Shown here: in pieces, positions 12,195 through 26,300 of the stretch
Numbering within the stretch: position 1 is the first letter of the stretch
Layout of the letters: each line of letters opens with the position of its first letter
Origin: Takakia lepidozioides
Lineage: Eukaryota; Plantae; Bryophyta
Reading direction: 5' to 3'
DNA length: 64,000 bases
Assembly: GCA_030704615.1 (NCBI GenBank)
Contig: CM060734.1
Coordinates: 25,978,001 to 26,042,000, forward strand
Position numbers and translations under genes: made by a program
Notes under the pieces: model-generated
The model's database searches: none
Told to the model about the DNA's origin: nothing
The model's input: only the letters and a program-made list of their open reading frames with translations

Positions 12195-15100
12195 GGTTGG
12201 ATGAAGTCCTCTCGGGGGCAGAGGCCTCCACGTGGTTGCCAAAAATCATCCCCCGGATGGGAATATGGGGCCGAATTCCAATCCGAGGCCTCCACGTGCC
12301 TGGCAGAAATCATCCCCCGGATGGAAATATGGTGCCGAATTTCCATCCCAGGCCTCCACGTGGCTGCCAGAAATCACCCCTCGGATGGAAATATGGCGCC
12401 GAATTTCCATCCGCGGCCTCCACGTGGCTGCCAGAAATCATCCCCCGGATGGAAATATGGCACCCCATTTCCATCCGAGGCCTCCACGTGGCTGCCAGAA
12501 ATCATCCCCCGGATGGAAATATGGCGCCGAATTTCCATCCGAGGCCTGCACGCGGCTGCCAGAAATCATGCCCCGGATGGAAATATGGCGCCGAATTTCC
12601 ATCCGAGGTTGGAACGTGGTTGCCGTAAATCATGCCCTGGATGGAAATATGGCGCCGAATTTCCATCCGAGGCCTGCACGCGGTTGCCAGAAATCATGCC
12701 CCGGATGGAAATATGGCGCCATATTTCCACCCGAGGCTGGAACGTGGCTGCCAGAAATCATCCCCCGGATGGAAATATGGCGCCATATTTCCACCCAAGG
12801 CTGGAACGTGGCTGCCAGAAATCATGCCCCGGATAGAAATATGACGCCATATTTCCATCCGTGTCGCGGCCCTTTGCCTTGAGGGCAGGGGGTCGGGACA
12901 CAAGAAGGGCTGCCCCTGTGGTGGGGGCAGTGGCAACAATAGGTACGGGGGCTGAAGCACCCTTGAGTGCCCAAGGCACTCAAGGAGGCGGAGGCGCTCA
13001 CTAGGTGGAGCCCCGCACACCGGGTTGCGGTGGGGGTGGTTCCACGAAGGGTGTCGTGGGGAGTCTTGGGACTCATCACGGTCCAATGGGGCCGTGGTGG
13101 GTGGGCCAAGGCTCACCGCGACTCATCACCGGGGTGGTTCGCCATAAAATGACTGGGTTGTTTGTGAAACCCCCACGGACAGTCACAGAAGTATATATAG
13201 GGAGTAGTAACCCCGAGAACGGTGCAAGCCCGTTGGTGACCAAAAACTAGTGAGTAAGCGTGTGAGCTGGAAAGCGACCAAGGTGTGGGGAGCTGTTCCG
13301 GACTGCCAACAACCAAAGGGAATTTCCACTAGGCCCAAATTGAGAGAGGGTCTTGTGGAGGAGTAAAGGGGGACCGTTATGTCCCTGTGAGCAGCCGAAG
13401 CTCCGAGTTGGCCCGGCGGCCAGTTTGGGAGTTAGGCGCGCGCATCAAAGCGAGTAACTATGACTTGAAGAGGGAGCTTACCGAAGTGAGGTGCGCGACA
13501 ATCCGAGGCTGCGTGGCTGCCAGAAATCATCCCCCGGATGGAAATATGGCGCCGAATTTCCATCCGAGGCCTGCACGTGGCTGCCAGAAATCATGCCCCG
13601 GATGGAAATATGGCGCCATATTTCCATCCGAGGCCTCCATGTGGCTCCCAGAAATCATCCCCCGGATAGAAATATGGCGCCGAATTTCCATCCGGGGCCT
13701 GCACGTGGCTGCCTGAAATCATGCCCCGGATGGAAATATGGCGCCGAATCTCCATCCGAGGCCGCCACGTGCCTGGCAGAAAACATCCCCCGGATGAAAA
13801 TATGGCGCCAAATTTCCATCCGCGGGGGGGGTCGGATCGTGCCACTCTGGACATTTTTAACCTTTTACTCCCATTTTTCGTGTTTTTGTTGTCTACTTCG
13901 CCCAGAAAACATACAATTTCCTTCCTCCGGTCCCTTTTGTTCCCTTTATCGGTGCAAATTTCATTCCATGGATGGAAATATGGTGCCGAATTTCCATCCT
14001 AGGGGTCCACGTCAGTGCCAGAGTTCATCCTCCGGATGGAAATTCGGCGCCGTATTTCCATCCGAGGGGCAATGGATGAAGTCCTTGGGGGCCGAGATGG
14101 GTGCATATGGTTGCCAGATTTCATCCCCGGATGGAAATATGGTGCCGAATTTCCATCCGGAGGGCCAGGGAAGAAGTCGTGTGGGGCCGATATGGTTCCA
14201 GTTGGCTGTCAGAGTTCATCCGCCCGATGGAAATTCGGCGCCGTATTTCCATCCTAGGGGCCAGGGATGAGGCCCTGGTGGGCCGAGATCGGTCCACATG
14301 GCTGCCAAAGTTCATCCCCCCAATGGAAATTCGGCGCCGTATTTCCATCCTACGGCCAGGGATGAAGTCGTGATGGGCCGAGATGGGTCCACATGGCTGA
14401 CAACGTTCATCCCCCCGATGGAAATTCGGTGCGGTATTTCCATCCTAGGGGCTGGGGATGAAGTCCCGGTGGGCCGAGATGGGTCCACATGGCTGCAAGA
14501 GTTCATCCCCCCAATGGAAATTCGGCGTCGTATTTCCATCCTAAGGGCCAAGGATGAAGTCCTGGTGAAACCGAGATGGGTCCACGTGGCCGCCAGAGTT
14601 CATCCCCCCGATGGAAATTCGGCGCCGTATTTCCATCCTAGGGGCCAGGGATGAAGTCTTGGTGGGCCGAGATGGGTCCACATGGCTGCCAGAGTTCATC
14701 CCCCCGATAGAAATTTGGCGCCGTATTTCCATCCTAGGGGCCAGGGATGAAGTCCTGGTGGGCCGAGATGGATCCACATGGCTGCCAGAAAGTTCATCCA
14801 CCCGATGGAAATTCGGCGCCGTATTTCCATCCTAGGGGCCAGGGATGAAGTCCCGGTGGGCCGAGATGGGTCCACATGGCTGCCAGAATTCATCCCCCCG
14901 ATGGAAATTTGGCGCCGTATTTCCATCCTAGGGGCCAGGGATGAAGTCCTAGTGGGCCGAGATGGGTCCACATGGCTGCCAGAGTTCATCTCCCCGATGC
15001 AAATTCGGCGCCGTATTTCCATTCTAGGGGCCAGGGATGAAGTCATGGTGGGCCGAGATGGGTCCACATGGCTGCCAAAGTTCATCCACGGATGGAAATC

Positions 15101-15810
15101 GCCATATTTCCATTCGGAGGGCCAGGGAAGAAGTCGTGTGGGGCCGATATGGTTCCAGTTGGCTGCCAGAGTTTATCCGCCCGATGGAAATTCGGCGCCG
15201 TATTTTCCATCCTAGGGCCAGGGATGAAGTCTGGGTCCATGGGTCCACCCTAAACTTGTGAGATGGGTCCACACGACTGCCAGAGTTCATCCCCCCGATA
15301 GAAATTCGGCGCCGTATTTCCATCCGAGGGGCCAAGGATGAAGTCTGGGTGGGCCGAGATGGGTCCACATGGCTGCCAGAGCTCATCCACGGATGGAAAT
15401 TTGGTGCCGTATTTCCATCCGGAGGGCCAGGGAAGAAGTCGTGTGGGGCCGATATGGTTCCAGTTGGCTGCCAGAGTTCATCCGCCCGATGGAAATTCGG
15501 CGCCGTATTTTCCATCCTAGGGCCAGGGATGAAGTCTGGGTGGGCCAAGATGGGTCCACACGGCTGCCAGAGTTCATCCCCCCGATGGAAATTCGGTGCC
15601 GTATTTCCATCCCGGGGGCGGGGATGAAGTCCTCGAGGGCCTGGATGGGTCCTCTCGATGGTGCCAAACTTCATCCCCCGGATGGAAATATGGCGCCGAA
15701 TTTCCATCCGAGGGGTCTATGATGAAGTGGTCTCGGGCGGAGTGGGCTCCACGTGCCTGCCAGAGTTCATCACCCCGAATGGGAATATGGCGCCTTTTTT
15801 CGGGCGGATG
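11900..15810. repeat. Composite palindrome-core tandem arrays: 64-bp units (~12300-13800) and ~96-bp units (~14220-15700)
   Basis: ggatggaaatatggcgccgaatttccatcc at 12319, 12383, 12447, 12511... (64-bp period); atggaaattcggcgccgtatttccatcc about every 96 bp from ~14227; poly-G at ~12153-12193. Confidence 0.92.
12862..13500 (+). mobile_element. Solo LTR (639 bp) inserted in the 64-bp array
   Basis: Termini TGTCGCG...CGCGACA; 5-bp TSD ATCCG at 12857-12861 and 13501-13505; TATA-like gtatatatag at ~13191. Strand is tentative. Confidence 0.88.
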
Positions 15811-15838
15811 AAGTCCTGTCGGGGTATGACTCGGACAG

Positions 15839-17060
15839 GTGTCGGCCCAAAGCCGGAGCATACAGGCTGGATTTGGTGGTTCTGGTGGGCTTCCAGAGAT
15901 CCCCCCTGCAACAGACGTCATGTCGGAGGCGGATATGAAGTTGGCCGCTGCCAGGATGTTGGAGGCAACCCACAACAACATTGGCAGGGTACTGGGAGGC
16001 ATGGTCTACCCCAACAAAGCTGCGGGCCACCCACAACACATTGGCAGGTACTGGGAGGCATGGTCTACCCAACAAGCTGGCGGATTCTGCTCTGGGCCGC
16101 ATGGTATCGATGCAGGTGGTCAGGCCTGCCTTTTTTGTGATATTGCCAAGCACAAATTCTCTTTTTGGATGGATATCGTATGGGGTCATGAAGAGAGCAG
16201 AACGCATACCCGAAAGATATAGTCGACCATATGCTCAGCCTATACCATTTCTGTCAGCCTTTGCCTCTGACTTTCGCGGAGATCGCACTAAGGGAATTTG
16301 CAAAGTTAGACAACCACACCGGCTGCCTCCCCCCTCTTCACTCGGAAGAGCATGTGGGACAAGTTGGTGGCAATAAGGCAGACTCCGTTACTCCTGCAAT
16401 GCCACATTTGCAATATTTAGGGCTTGCCGCCGCCGAAATGACTATGAAATTGCAAGTTCCCAGTGCAAGGAGCATTTGAACTTACTTTTGTAGTCCGCCA
16501 TAGCAGCCTTGAGAAGACTGCGATCCGCCGTACCCCGCCCTATCACACACACACACTCCACGCGTAATGCCAACTAGTTCGTCGGGGTTACTTGGGCTAA
16601 TGTGCTCCATCCATGCGGCAAGCCGATGGTTCCCTGTCCCATACGAAGAACATTTTGTTCAGACAGTGCTGGAAAGATGATCGGTTAACAATCAATTTCT
16701 CGAACTCCGTCCCCGCCGTTTCGCATTTCTTCGATTTTTTGCTATGGAATAGAAGACCATGCTTTGGTATTGCTTATGTGCTTTGTTGACAGACCAGAAT
16801 TGACCAAGATTTTGCACCATGCGAGGAGGTTCTACATGGAGTCAGAGAAACGAAATTGACCCTGGGTGCACTCTAATCTTATGTCACGCTGCCAAGAGCA
16901 AAGGCGCACCTCAAGTACAGTCTTCGATGGTGAAGTACGTGGCCATTGCTGTCCGCACTCGGTGACAACTTTCTTGTGGGGGGCGAGGTGGGGAAGCAAT
17001 ACTCACGGGCTCTTAAGCCAACAATGACAAGCGAGAAAGATTCAGTCAACACCTCACGCG
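15839..17060 (+). pseudogene. Second, rearranged copy of the ParB/Srx-like gene with its central part inverted
   Basis: RSIQAGFGGSGGLPE...ADMKLAAARMLEATH matches ~2440-2590. Segment ~16230-16720 matches ~2810-3300 in reverse (MFFVWD.NHRLAAWMEHI). ~16800-17060 matches ~3460-3720 forward. Confidence 0.75.
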
Positions 17061-17269
17061 GCGACGTCACGTGGCCACACCTTAAATCATAAAGTTTCCC
17101 CCTCAGATCGGTGGAACGACTGACCGTAATGACTCCCACCACGTAATGACCGAAGCGACTGGGCTGACCGAACCCAACTAGTCTGTTACTCAAAGTCATC
17201 CAGTCGATTTTTGACCCAAACGATTGGGTTTCCAATCGTTCATTGAGTCGTTAATTCACTGATTCCGAC

Positions 17270-17620
17270 TACACCTCGTCTTGTGTACCCATTAGTATCG
17301 CTAGTGCTCATATCGGCACTCCCCTTAGCAATTGGTGGCACCTCCGTGATGAAAATCATACCGAACCGGTTGTAACAAGGTCTCTAGTAATCCCTATTTA
17401 TGCAATGTAACCGGATAGAGAACCTATTGCAGCTTATGGTTTGGAATACTAAGTTCCTAACATAACCTGTACTTGTATCCACCACAAGCACTCATATTGT
17501 CTACTGGGCCTCACCACCGACAACACGCTCTATGATTGGCCGGTGATCAAATCCGGACCAACCACCTATAAAAACAAGCGCCCAAACCAAACTAACATGA
17601 CGTACAGTCCAGCATGCAAG
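17270..17620 (-). mobile_element. Fragment of the 5' leader/gag start of the DNMT-carrying element family
   Basis: Reverse complement matches ~32690-33095 (tgttaggaac.tagtattccaaaccataagc...cacggaggtgccac...gagcactagcgatacta). Confidence 0.75.
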
Positions 17621-18370
17621 GAGAGAAGCTAGCGCCTGAGCAGGCTCACGCTTTGCACACTAAGCTTGGGCAGATTCCCTTGAACGTGAGCAGATTCTAA
17701 GCGTGAGCACATTAGGGAAGCGGAGCCTATAACTTGACAAAACAAGGCCTATTGTCGTGGACGCAAACTCGTGTGAAATGGAGGGTAACATAAGCTGCCT
17801 GGGACCAAAGATGCTGAGCTCCATGCACGCAATTTGAGATGAATGTGTGAAGAAATGAACAATGGATGAATGAACCATGGATGAATGAAAGATGGCTGAA
17901 TGTGGCATGAAAAATGACCGGATGAATGAACCATGGATTACTTACATACGATTGATTGTGGTGAAAATCCTTGGGCCCTGTTTTATTTTTGTTTTTGGAG
18001 ATAGATAAACTTCCAGCACAACTTGGGTTTTTGTTCTTTGAAAGGGATGAAGTTTTTGTTGTTACCCAATGATGAACTCTAGGTATCTTCCCTGTGGATG
18101 CACTTTCGTGGAGACCTCTCGTGGATGGAGGTTATGGATGATCCGCGAGGGCCATGACAGTGGATGACTCTCGTGGATGTTTTGTATGGATGGATGACTG
18201 CAGAGGCATCCATCCATCGTTCATCGCGATAGTTAGTCTATGAATCTATAGGCAGGGCGCGAGCCAGCTTCAGCCTGTCAGGAGACTTCACTCTACGAGC
18301 TTAAGTTGATAGCTCGAGCTGGTGTGGGTAGGGCTTTGCAGTGCTATTGCGGTGTTTTCTTTCTTTATGC

Positions 18371-18406
<36 letters not shown>

Positions 18407-19619
18407 TGGTGGGGGGGGGTTGGTGCGGTCAAATTTTTTTCGTGTAGCGCTCGAGCACATGAGGGGCTAATCAAACTTATAGTTCGGGCACCAATATTAT
18501 GGCTTTGGGTATAGGTTCAGAAATCGACTCGGGCTTGGTTCCAGCGAACCACACATTGATAGTATAATATGTGGTTCGTTGGAGAACTATATTATGCCGA
18601 ACCTAATCCCGAACCACACTCCAACCCTATCAAAATACATAAATAGGCTCATATGTATAAATTAAAAGTGGGGTGAAAAACAAATTTAAATTTATCTGAA
18701 AATCTTAAATTGTGCTCACATAAGGTTCCTTTTAATTCTATGCTCACCAAAATTTCGGTCTGCTCACCTGCTCACCCGCTCACCTGCAATCACTAAGCTC
18801 ATCTTACATCGTCGATGAGCCCCTGCTTCCTATTCTCTTCCGCTGCGAGCCAGAGGGTGCTGAATATGAACGCCAGATGGGAACGGGTAAGACCTGGGTT
18901 ATTTACGTAGCCCCCTTTTCCACACCACATGATCTCGTTCAAGGAAGTGTAGCCATTAACCCACATGGAACCATCCAGAATTGAGAGAAGCTACGCCATG
19001 AGCAGTTCACGTAAGCAGGCTCACGCTTTGTGCACAATGCGTGAGCAGGATGGAAAAGCAGAGCCATTTTGGTGACGAAAACATGACGCACGAAGTGATG
19101 TAAACATAACAAACACACTTATGGTTTTGTTGAGTTAGGATAATGAACCCACTCTAGTCATTCTGTAGATGAAACAAAAAGCAGATTGAGAGGATTGAAG
19201 TCTTAACAAAGGTAAATTCGGCCAAACTCAAACCGGAACATAGAGACAAAGAATACATAGGAACCATCGGAAGTTTTGAATGTGCAATGCAAATGTCAAT
19301 ATCATTGCAAATGACGATCACATGAAGTAAATTGTGAAGGCTGAAAAAATTGTCCGCAATATCTTGCAGAGGCAGATTTTGCACCTTTTGAAGTCCAAGA
19401 ATAGACCATCAATATTAGAAGCAGCAGAGAGCAGACAAATGCTGAACTTGGAAGTGGATAGAATTAAGCTTGCTTCATATATTCAGTATGTGATATGGTG
19501 GACTTAGAAGTGCCCCAAATCCCTAAAAGATTTTTTTTTTTGTTTGTTTTTTTTTTCCAAAGTTCCCTTCGAGGAAGCTGGAAATCATGCTTGTGTCAAC
19601 GTAAACATGAATCGACTCC

Positions 19620-19658
<39 letters not shown>

Positions 19659-21959
19659 ATAATAAACCTGAAATTCCCTTTGAGATGAGGCCTGAAATCA
19701 TGCTTCCGTTATGCAGCATGATTCTAAGCCAGCTTTTTCAAGCAAGCACAATTACATTGCAAGGGCTTCCATGCCCTCTCCCTTACCTGGTCCTCGCAAA
19801 TCCATGATCAAATTTTCTAGTCATGGGCTATGTCTACATTGACACTAGCCGTTGCCCCGTCCACAAATAGCATGACTTCGAAGAGTAGTGGCAGTGACTC
19901 CACCTATGCTTGACGTTTTCCTGTAAAATCAATACTTTTTGTTTAACATACCCTTGTGGGGGTACTGCTAGGTGTTGATAATGGATAAGTAGGTGAGCGG
20001 GTGAACATGTGAGGAGCAGACCGAAATTTTGGCGAGCATAAAATCACAAATGAATATTATGTGAGCCAGAGAATTTAGTCTCCACGCATCTCCCCCTCCT
20101 CTACTTTTGGACCGGAGGGGAAATGTGCACAGTAGGCGCTGGTTCTTCATAGATAGTTGTGCTTCAGTTTCGTATGCAAACTCCTGTAGCAGTGGATATT
20201 CTTATTCGGAATGATTCATTTGTTTTGAACTGTCTATCAATGGGCCAATACCGAGTTGTATGTTTTGAATGCGGTATGTGCCTCTGTTTCTGTTCTTCTA
20301 TTCATAATTGCCTTCATCCATATAACTCCATTAATCCAGATTTGATGCGTCCATAATTCATCCATTCATCAATTGTTCATCCATCGTTCTTCAAATGTTC
20401 ATCCAACATTCATCCATGCATTCATCCACTCATCATTTGTTCCTCTGTCATATTCATCCACATTCAATCCAATATGCACAATATATCTTCTACCAAATTG
20501 GCAACTACTGCTTGGTTTGTATGCATTCATTCCCGCGGAAATAGGTCTCCCGGGGCTTTGTCATCTGCGGGTGTACTCCCCAGGCGGTGGCACTCATCCT
20601 CATTCGTGATCATCTTTCCGTTCACGTGAGCCGCTCACGGACTAGCATCCCCTGCATGCAAGTGTCGGGGGAATCCATACACATGAAACTCAAACACCAA
20701 CATCCCCCACACGAAAAACCACTCCACAGTGTCGCCCTGCAAAGGCACCCCAGCCCAAACTCGGACTGACTCTTGCCTCCACCTTCAGAAAGGTTTTGGC
20801 CGACAGAGGGTTGAAGACAAAGCAATTCCTAATCCCAGCATGCTCTCATCCCACCACTCCCTCCTATCTCTACCCACTCGCTTGCATGGTTGTAGCAAGT
20901 ATCCTTCAAATATCCCTCAATCAATACCTTAAGAGCTCTTCAACCTTGCGCTCCAAAGCTCCTCGAAGTGTTCTCCGATACTCCTCCGAGGAACCCAAAA
21001 AACCTCCAAACAATCCTCCAAAGGCCCTTAAATTTCATTATGTCCTCTCATAAAACAGAGGTATAGTCTGAGGTTGCTCGGGTCCCTCATGTTAATGATA
21101 CCTTTACAGAGGTATAGTTTGAGAATAAGGGTTCTGTTTGGTATACTACCAGAGGTATAGTCTGAGATTAGGGTTCATATATGTTGATACCTCAATAGAG
21201 GTATATCCAAGACAAAGCTAGAATGGCAAAGTCCTTGATTCTATCTTCTCTCCTCAAGCAAAATATGGTCTCTAGGTGGTGATAAGAGACATCTTCTTGG
21301 TCTCTTCTTCCAGCCCAATGTACAACCACGAGTGGTTCCAACTCAACTTGCAAGTCATTGGCCACCAAATCAATCCCCGGCCTTCTGTCCTTGTGATTTG
21401 ATTGCAACCTAACACCATATCTCCATTGCCGAGCAATCATGCATTTGTCTCCTCATCATTGGGCAATTGCTCCAAATCAACACAAATTATGATCTCAATG
21501 TATAAGAGCAAATACTTGTCACTTACCATAATGATTCCAAGCAATCCGCCTTGGATCCCACTCTCCCGCCATGTGCCTTCCTCCGGGTGTTGCACTAATC
21601 GATGTGCTCACCTTGGTCATTTGAATGCATTCCATGACCTCCTGGCCTATGTGTTGCTCTCCTTCATTATAACATGAATCAACACCTCCGCTGATGGAAT
21701 GGAAAGAGGTGAGGACCGGTGGCACAATGATCCAGCATGGAATGAGAATATTTTTGGACGATAGCCACAAGATATCTCAGAGGTGGTTCGGTGCGCCATC
21801 GCAAAGCATGTAAGGCGGGGAGCAAGAACCAGATCAACAGATTTGAGCGTTGTCTCAGAAGCAACCAGGAGCGCCCCGCCACATGCGAAGAAAACCGTTG
21901 GCATGTGCATATGCGATTTTTTAGGGCACTTCTTCGGCGATCCCACGTGCGGTTGGGAT

Positions 21960-22720
21960 TGGCGTAACGGAACAGGGGAGCAAGGACACGGGGGAGCTCA
22001 AGCAGGGGAACGAAGAAGGCCGCCGGGGGGGGGGGCTAACCAGGGAGCGGAGATCGCCGGGAGGTGCAAAACAGGGAAACATAGACACAGGGGAGCGAAT
22101 GAGGGGAGCGAATGAGTGCCAGGGGAACTTGGGAGCAAATGAGGGAGCGGAGAGAGTGGAGTGAGGGAGCGCAACAGGGGCAGAGAGACGCGGGGGGAGA
22201 AAAACAAGGGAGCAAACATACAGGGGAGCGAATGAGAGGAGCTGAGAGCGAAACAAGGGACCAGAGACACGGGTGAGCGCAACAAGGGAGCGGAGAGCGC
22301 TGGGGGAACGAAATAGGTGAGCATTTTACAAGGGAGCAAATGAGGAGAGCGGAGAGCGCCGCGGGGAGGAAACATGGGACCAGAGACACGGGGGAGCGCC
22401 ACATGGAGCTATAAATACATGGGAGCGAATGAGGGGAGCGGAAAGCACCGCGGGGGGAACTCAACAGAGGACGGTAGAGCCCCGGGAGGAGCGAAACAGG
22501 GGAACATAAATACACAAGAACGAATGAGGGGAGCGGAGAGCGTGGGGGGAGCGAAACAGGGGAGCAAATACACGTGCGTGCTCAAGTAGGTGAGCGTATA
22601 AGGGCCGCGGGCGGAGCGAAACCGGGGAGCGGAGACAGGGGGATTCAACAGGGGTGAGAAAGGTGGGACAGAAAGACCGATAGGAGCGCAAAGGGGAGCG
22701 GAAACGGGTCGCAAGGGGGG
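21960..22720. repeat. Degenerate purine-rich short tandem repeats (ggggagcg / gagcgaatgagg / aaacagggg)
   Basis: Repeated GGGAGCG-centred motifs with strong G/A strand skew; overlapping ORFs are low-complexity artefacts. Confidence 0.75.
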
Positions 22721-23330
22721 GGCACATGGCTGGTCCCAGGGGGCGGGGCACGTGGCCGGGCCCAGGGAGGGCTGCAGCGGGTGGGTTCCGGTGAGCGGGG
22801 CCCATGCTCTCGCGCACATTCAACTCCCATCTTATCTCTTGTGTAAACCGAGTTTAGGAGAGTTTGGGCAGCTGTGAGCATGCTCACACCCTACCAACCT
22901 CCTCTACGGGGAAGGAGGCCGATGTTTGGCTGTTTATACTTCCGCTGCAGACAGATTGTAATGAAGAAAGCGCGGAAAAATAGAACGAAATATTTTATTG
23001 CATCGGGAGACACAGTACATGAAAAGATTGGCTGTGGCAAAAGTGACCTCATTGCAAAATCATGTGAGGCTCATGAGCTCCAGTTGTGGGAAAGGTCATT
23101 CCAAGTGATCTTGGAGTGGTCAAATTGTAGGGTTCAATCCAAACAACACACACACCAGATAAAATATTTGCCGTGGCAACTGTGGCCTCACCCCACAATC
23201 ATGTGAGCCGCGCTCCAGTCAGGGGAAGGGGCATTGCAGTGGTCGAATTGTCCGTTTCTGGAAACTAATGTCTTAAACAGAGAGATGTGACTACCTTGAT
23301 AATGTTAAAAACTTCCTGTTATTAAAGAAC

Positions 23331-26300
23331 TCAATTTCTAAGGGGGGAGGGGAGTGTCCCAAAAATCCAGTCCCAGAATGGAGATGTGATGCCAAACCCA
23401 TCTTCTTGCACCTTGAAGTGATGGTTCAAATGGTATCTCTGCAACGATGATGACCAGTAAGCAGAATTTTGATAGGGGTATCTGGGCCCAATAGCACTCT
23501 GCTTTCTTGAAAATGTCATGTCTACTCCACTAAGAACATGAGGCTTCACAAGTACTCTAAAGTATTCTTTGTTGAGCTGGATAAGAACTGAAAGGAGGAA
23601 GAGACCTAAGGAAATGTACCACCAATCACAGGTACACATGCAAAAGATGCAGAAAGTGACAGAAGTTTTATGTATACAAGACACAGAAAATCCAGAGATC
23701 CAATACAGGTTGTAGTCGATCTTGTGCACACCTTCAGACTGCGAGAAATGTCATTGAAGGGAACACCGTGATGTACGAAATAATGTGTGATGTCTACAAC
23801 CACAAGCGAGTAAGCCTCCTCCAAAGATAGATGGTGCCCACGTATCTGAGAATAATTTTCTCACTGCGCTCCAGAACCGATTACCAGGGAATTTGTCACA
23901 AAAATGAACTGAAAATTTGAATTTCCAAGCATGACGTGTTCTATACCATGGCGCATGGAAATATTCATCTATCATCATCTATCATCATCTATCATCTTTG
24001 CAAGCATGAAAATACGACATTTCTCCCCTACTTGCTCCCATCCCAACAGTACAGCTGCTACAAAAAGCATTTGAAAGAAAGGCAGACACGACAGGCATGT
24101 CAAGAGGATCTACCACAAGCCTAGTGGAGGGTGGGGATCAAAAGGGCTTACAATAGCACAGAAGACAGCAGTGAGAGCTGGGGGGAACACAAGACGGTAG
24201 CCATCCATTGGGTGTTTATGGTGGCACCCATGCAGTAGATAATGTGCCGTGTTCCACCTGTCCCAGTACCACATTTCTAATTACAAACAAATCTTCCATC
24301 TACTTGTGCATTTGCATGAGTCTGAATAAATTCATTCAAGAGCTCTTATTATAGATCGGCAATCTTACCATGTAAGAGTGTCTGTGGGGAGACCGCACTC
24401 TTAACCTCAGAGCTATCAAATACTGACAGTACCCACTTCCCCAGTGGAGTCACCCCTCCAGACAAGGGTCTTAGGTGTGCAATACCGAACCCAAGGTCCC
24501 TATGAAAAATGAGTTCTTAGGAGCAAGAGAGTGAGTAGATTTTGTTGGGAAGGATAAGATGGGAATCTCTGCTAGTGGATTCAGTGCTCCATGTAACCTG
24601 ATGATGTGCTGCTGAGAGAAAAAGTGAAAGGGTAGATGTAGAATGATTTAACATGCATTGAAAGCCCATGCACCCATGTAATACCAGTAACTTGAAGTCT
24701 TCGCGTGGAAAAGGAAGCGCTGCAGGGAATACTCAAGGAGTGACCAGATGAATATGCCTGAGGGAACAGTCGTGAACAATTCATCCAAAGGCAGAGCCCC
24801 TTGGAGGGCTACCCTCTCTACACCAATACACAACCGGCAGCCACACTAGGGGAATTACCCACCATAACGGCTTGGTCAAGGACTGTGGCCACACACAAAC
24901 AACTCCTTTAGTGCACTGAGTTTGCATGCTACTAGACATTCCTGATAATGCTGGCTTGAAAAGTACCTTTCCACCTATAGATGCAATAATTGTATGTCCT
25001 TTCACTCTGCTAGTTACATTACGTGGGGAAAGCACTAAATGACCCTCCTTTCTAGGCATATTTGATCTCTTCATGTACCTGCATCCTTTTTACTCTCCAT
25101 GTACTCTCTATACTCTGTAGGCTTGTATTCCCCCAATTTGCCTCGAGCTCCCACAAGAGGGTACAGACGCCAGCTGGATCCACCGTGCTAATCCTACTTC
25201 CAAAAAAGAATTATCATCTTCCCATGGGGATCTTTTGCTCCACAGTAGATCATCCTCTCCAGAGCTCTTGCTCTCCTGCCTGAGGGTCCCCTCAGATAAT
25301 CTTTTTAAAAAATTAAGAAAAACAAAACAGCTAAAGGCAGGAACACAAAGTTTCTGCATGTCCTAGAGTTTACCGGAAACACGAGAGGCTTGCTTAAATC
25401 AACAGAGTATGGTTTTGAGACATCCTTTGTCACAGCATGTGACACCCCTGCCAATGCCCTACACAGCCGGAAGTGAATTAAGGCAAGAGATTAACAATCT
25501 ACACAGTTTGTCTCCCACTCTAACCTGGTATTTACTTGGTGGTAAAATCTGCGATCCATATCAGCAAGTAATTTTCCTACATAAAGCTATCAGTTTTTGT
25601 TGCCAACAGTAACCTGAAAATCCATGTAAAGACTTAAGGTTAAGGCAATGGTCTTTTCCAATTGGCCAAAATTGGAGTCTGGATGGCACAGTCAATGGAC
25701 TGGAACCGACCCCACCCTTCCCCACTTTTATGTCTCATGGAACAATGGAAAATGGCACTAAGTGATACCTTGATGAGTGCTCAAGTCTTCCAAGATAAAA
25801 CTGCTTGAGCATGCCCAATGCAACTTTGCTGTGAGCATGATCTGAACTGTTACTCAGCCCCCTCATCAACTTCCCACATCCTTCTCTTGCAAGTGTTCAA
25901 CAATCACCTACACACACATGACTTTGAGTCTTATGCTTACAGCAATGTGATTTCAGCCCCCAACCCCCTACACACACACACATCACACATCACATAGAGA
26001 AAAGCACACTATTGTTTTAACCTATTCATGTTTGCAGTAGCAGATTTTTGCAGTGTAAGGAAGAGAGTCACAAACATGGATAGTACCTACTAGTCAGCAG
26101 ACATGTGAAACCTTGGAAGTTTTGTGGCTACAAGGTAGGTTTTCAACCGCAGGCCTCCACATTTTTTGGCAAAGGTGGAACATAGCAAAGGGATTAGGGG
26201 GAGGGAAATTAGACTTGGAAAAATTGCTCTTGCCTTTCTTGAATATGAGGATGTAGAAAATTCAACATTTGATTAGGGATCCTTCCACCTATAAAGTAAT

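Noticed and set aside
12101-15722. Repetitive ORFs (MEIWRRISIR, GWKYGAEFPS) and a poly-Pro/Gly ORF
   Set aside because: Translations of the palindrome arrays and of a poly-G run.
11900-15810. CRISPR-like array (30-bp palindromic repeats with ~34-66 bp spacers)
   Set aside because: Spacers are copies of each other, no cas genes are present, and the context is eukaryotic.
18373-18420. Long poly-G as a functional G-quadruplex
   Set aside because: Homopolymer length is unreliable and there is no evidence of function.
18541-18585. Imperfect hairpin (possible miRNA or MITE)
   Set aside because: Short stem with no supporting context.
21182-21674. Possible solo LTR (TGTT...AACA)
   Set aside because: Flanks do not form a TSD and no partner is present; probably TE-derived, but boundaries are unsupported.
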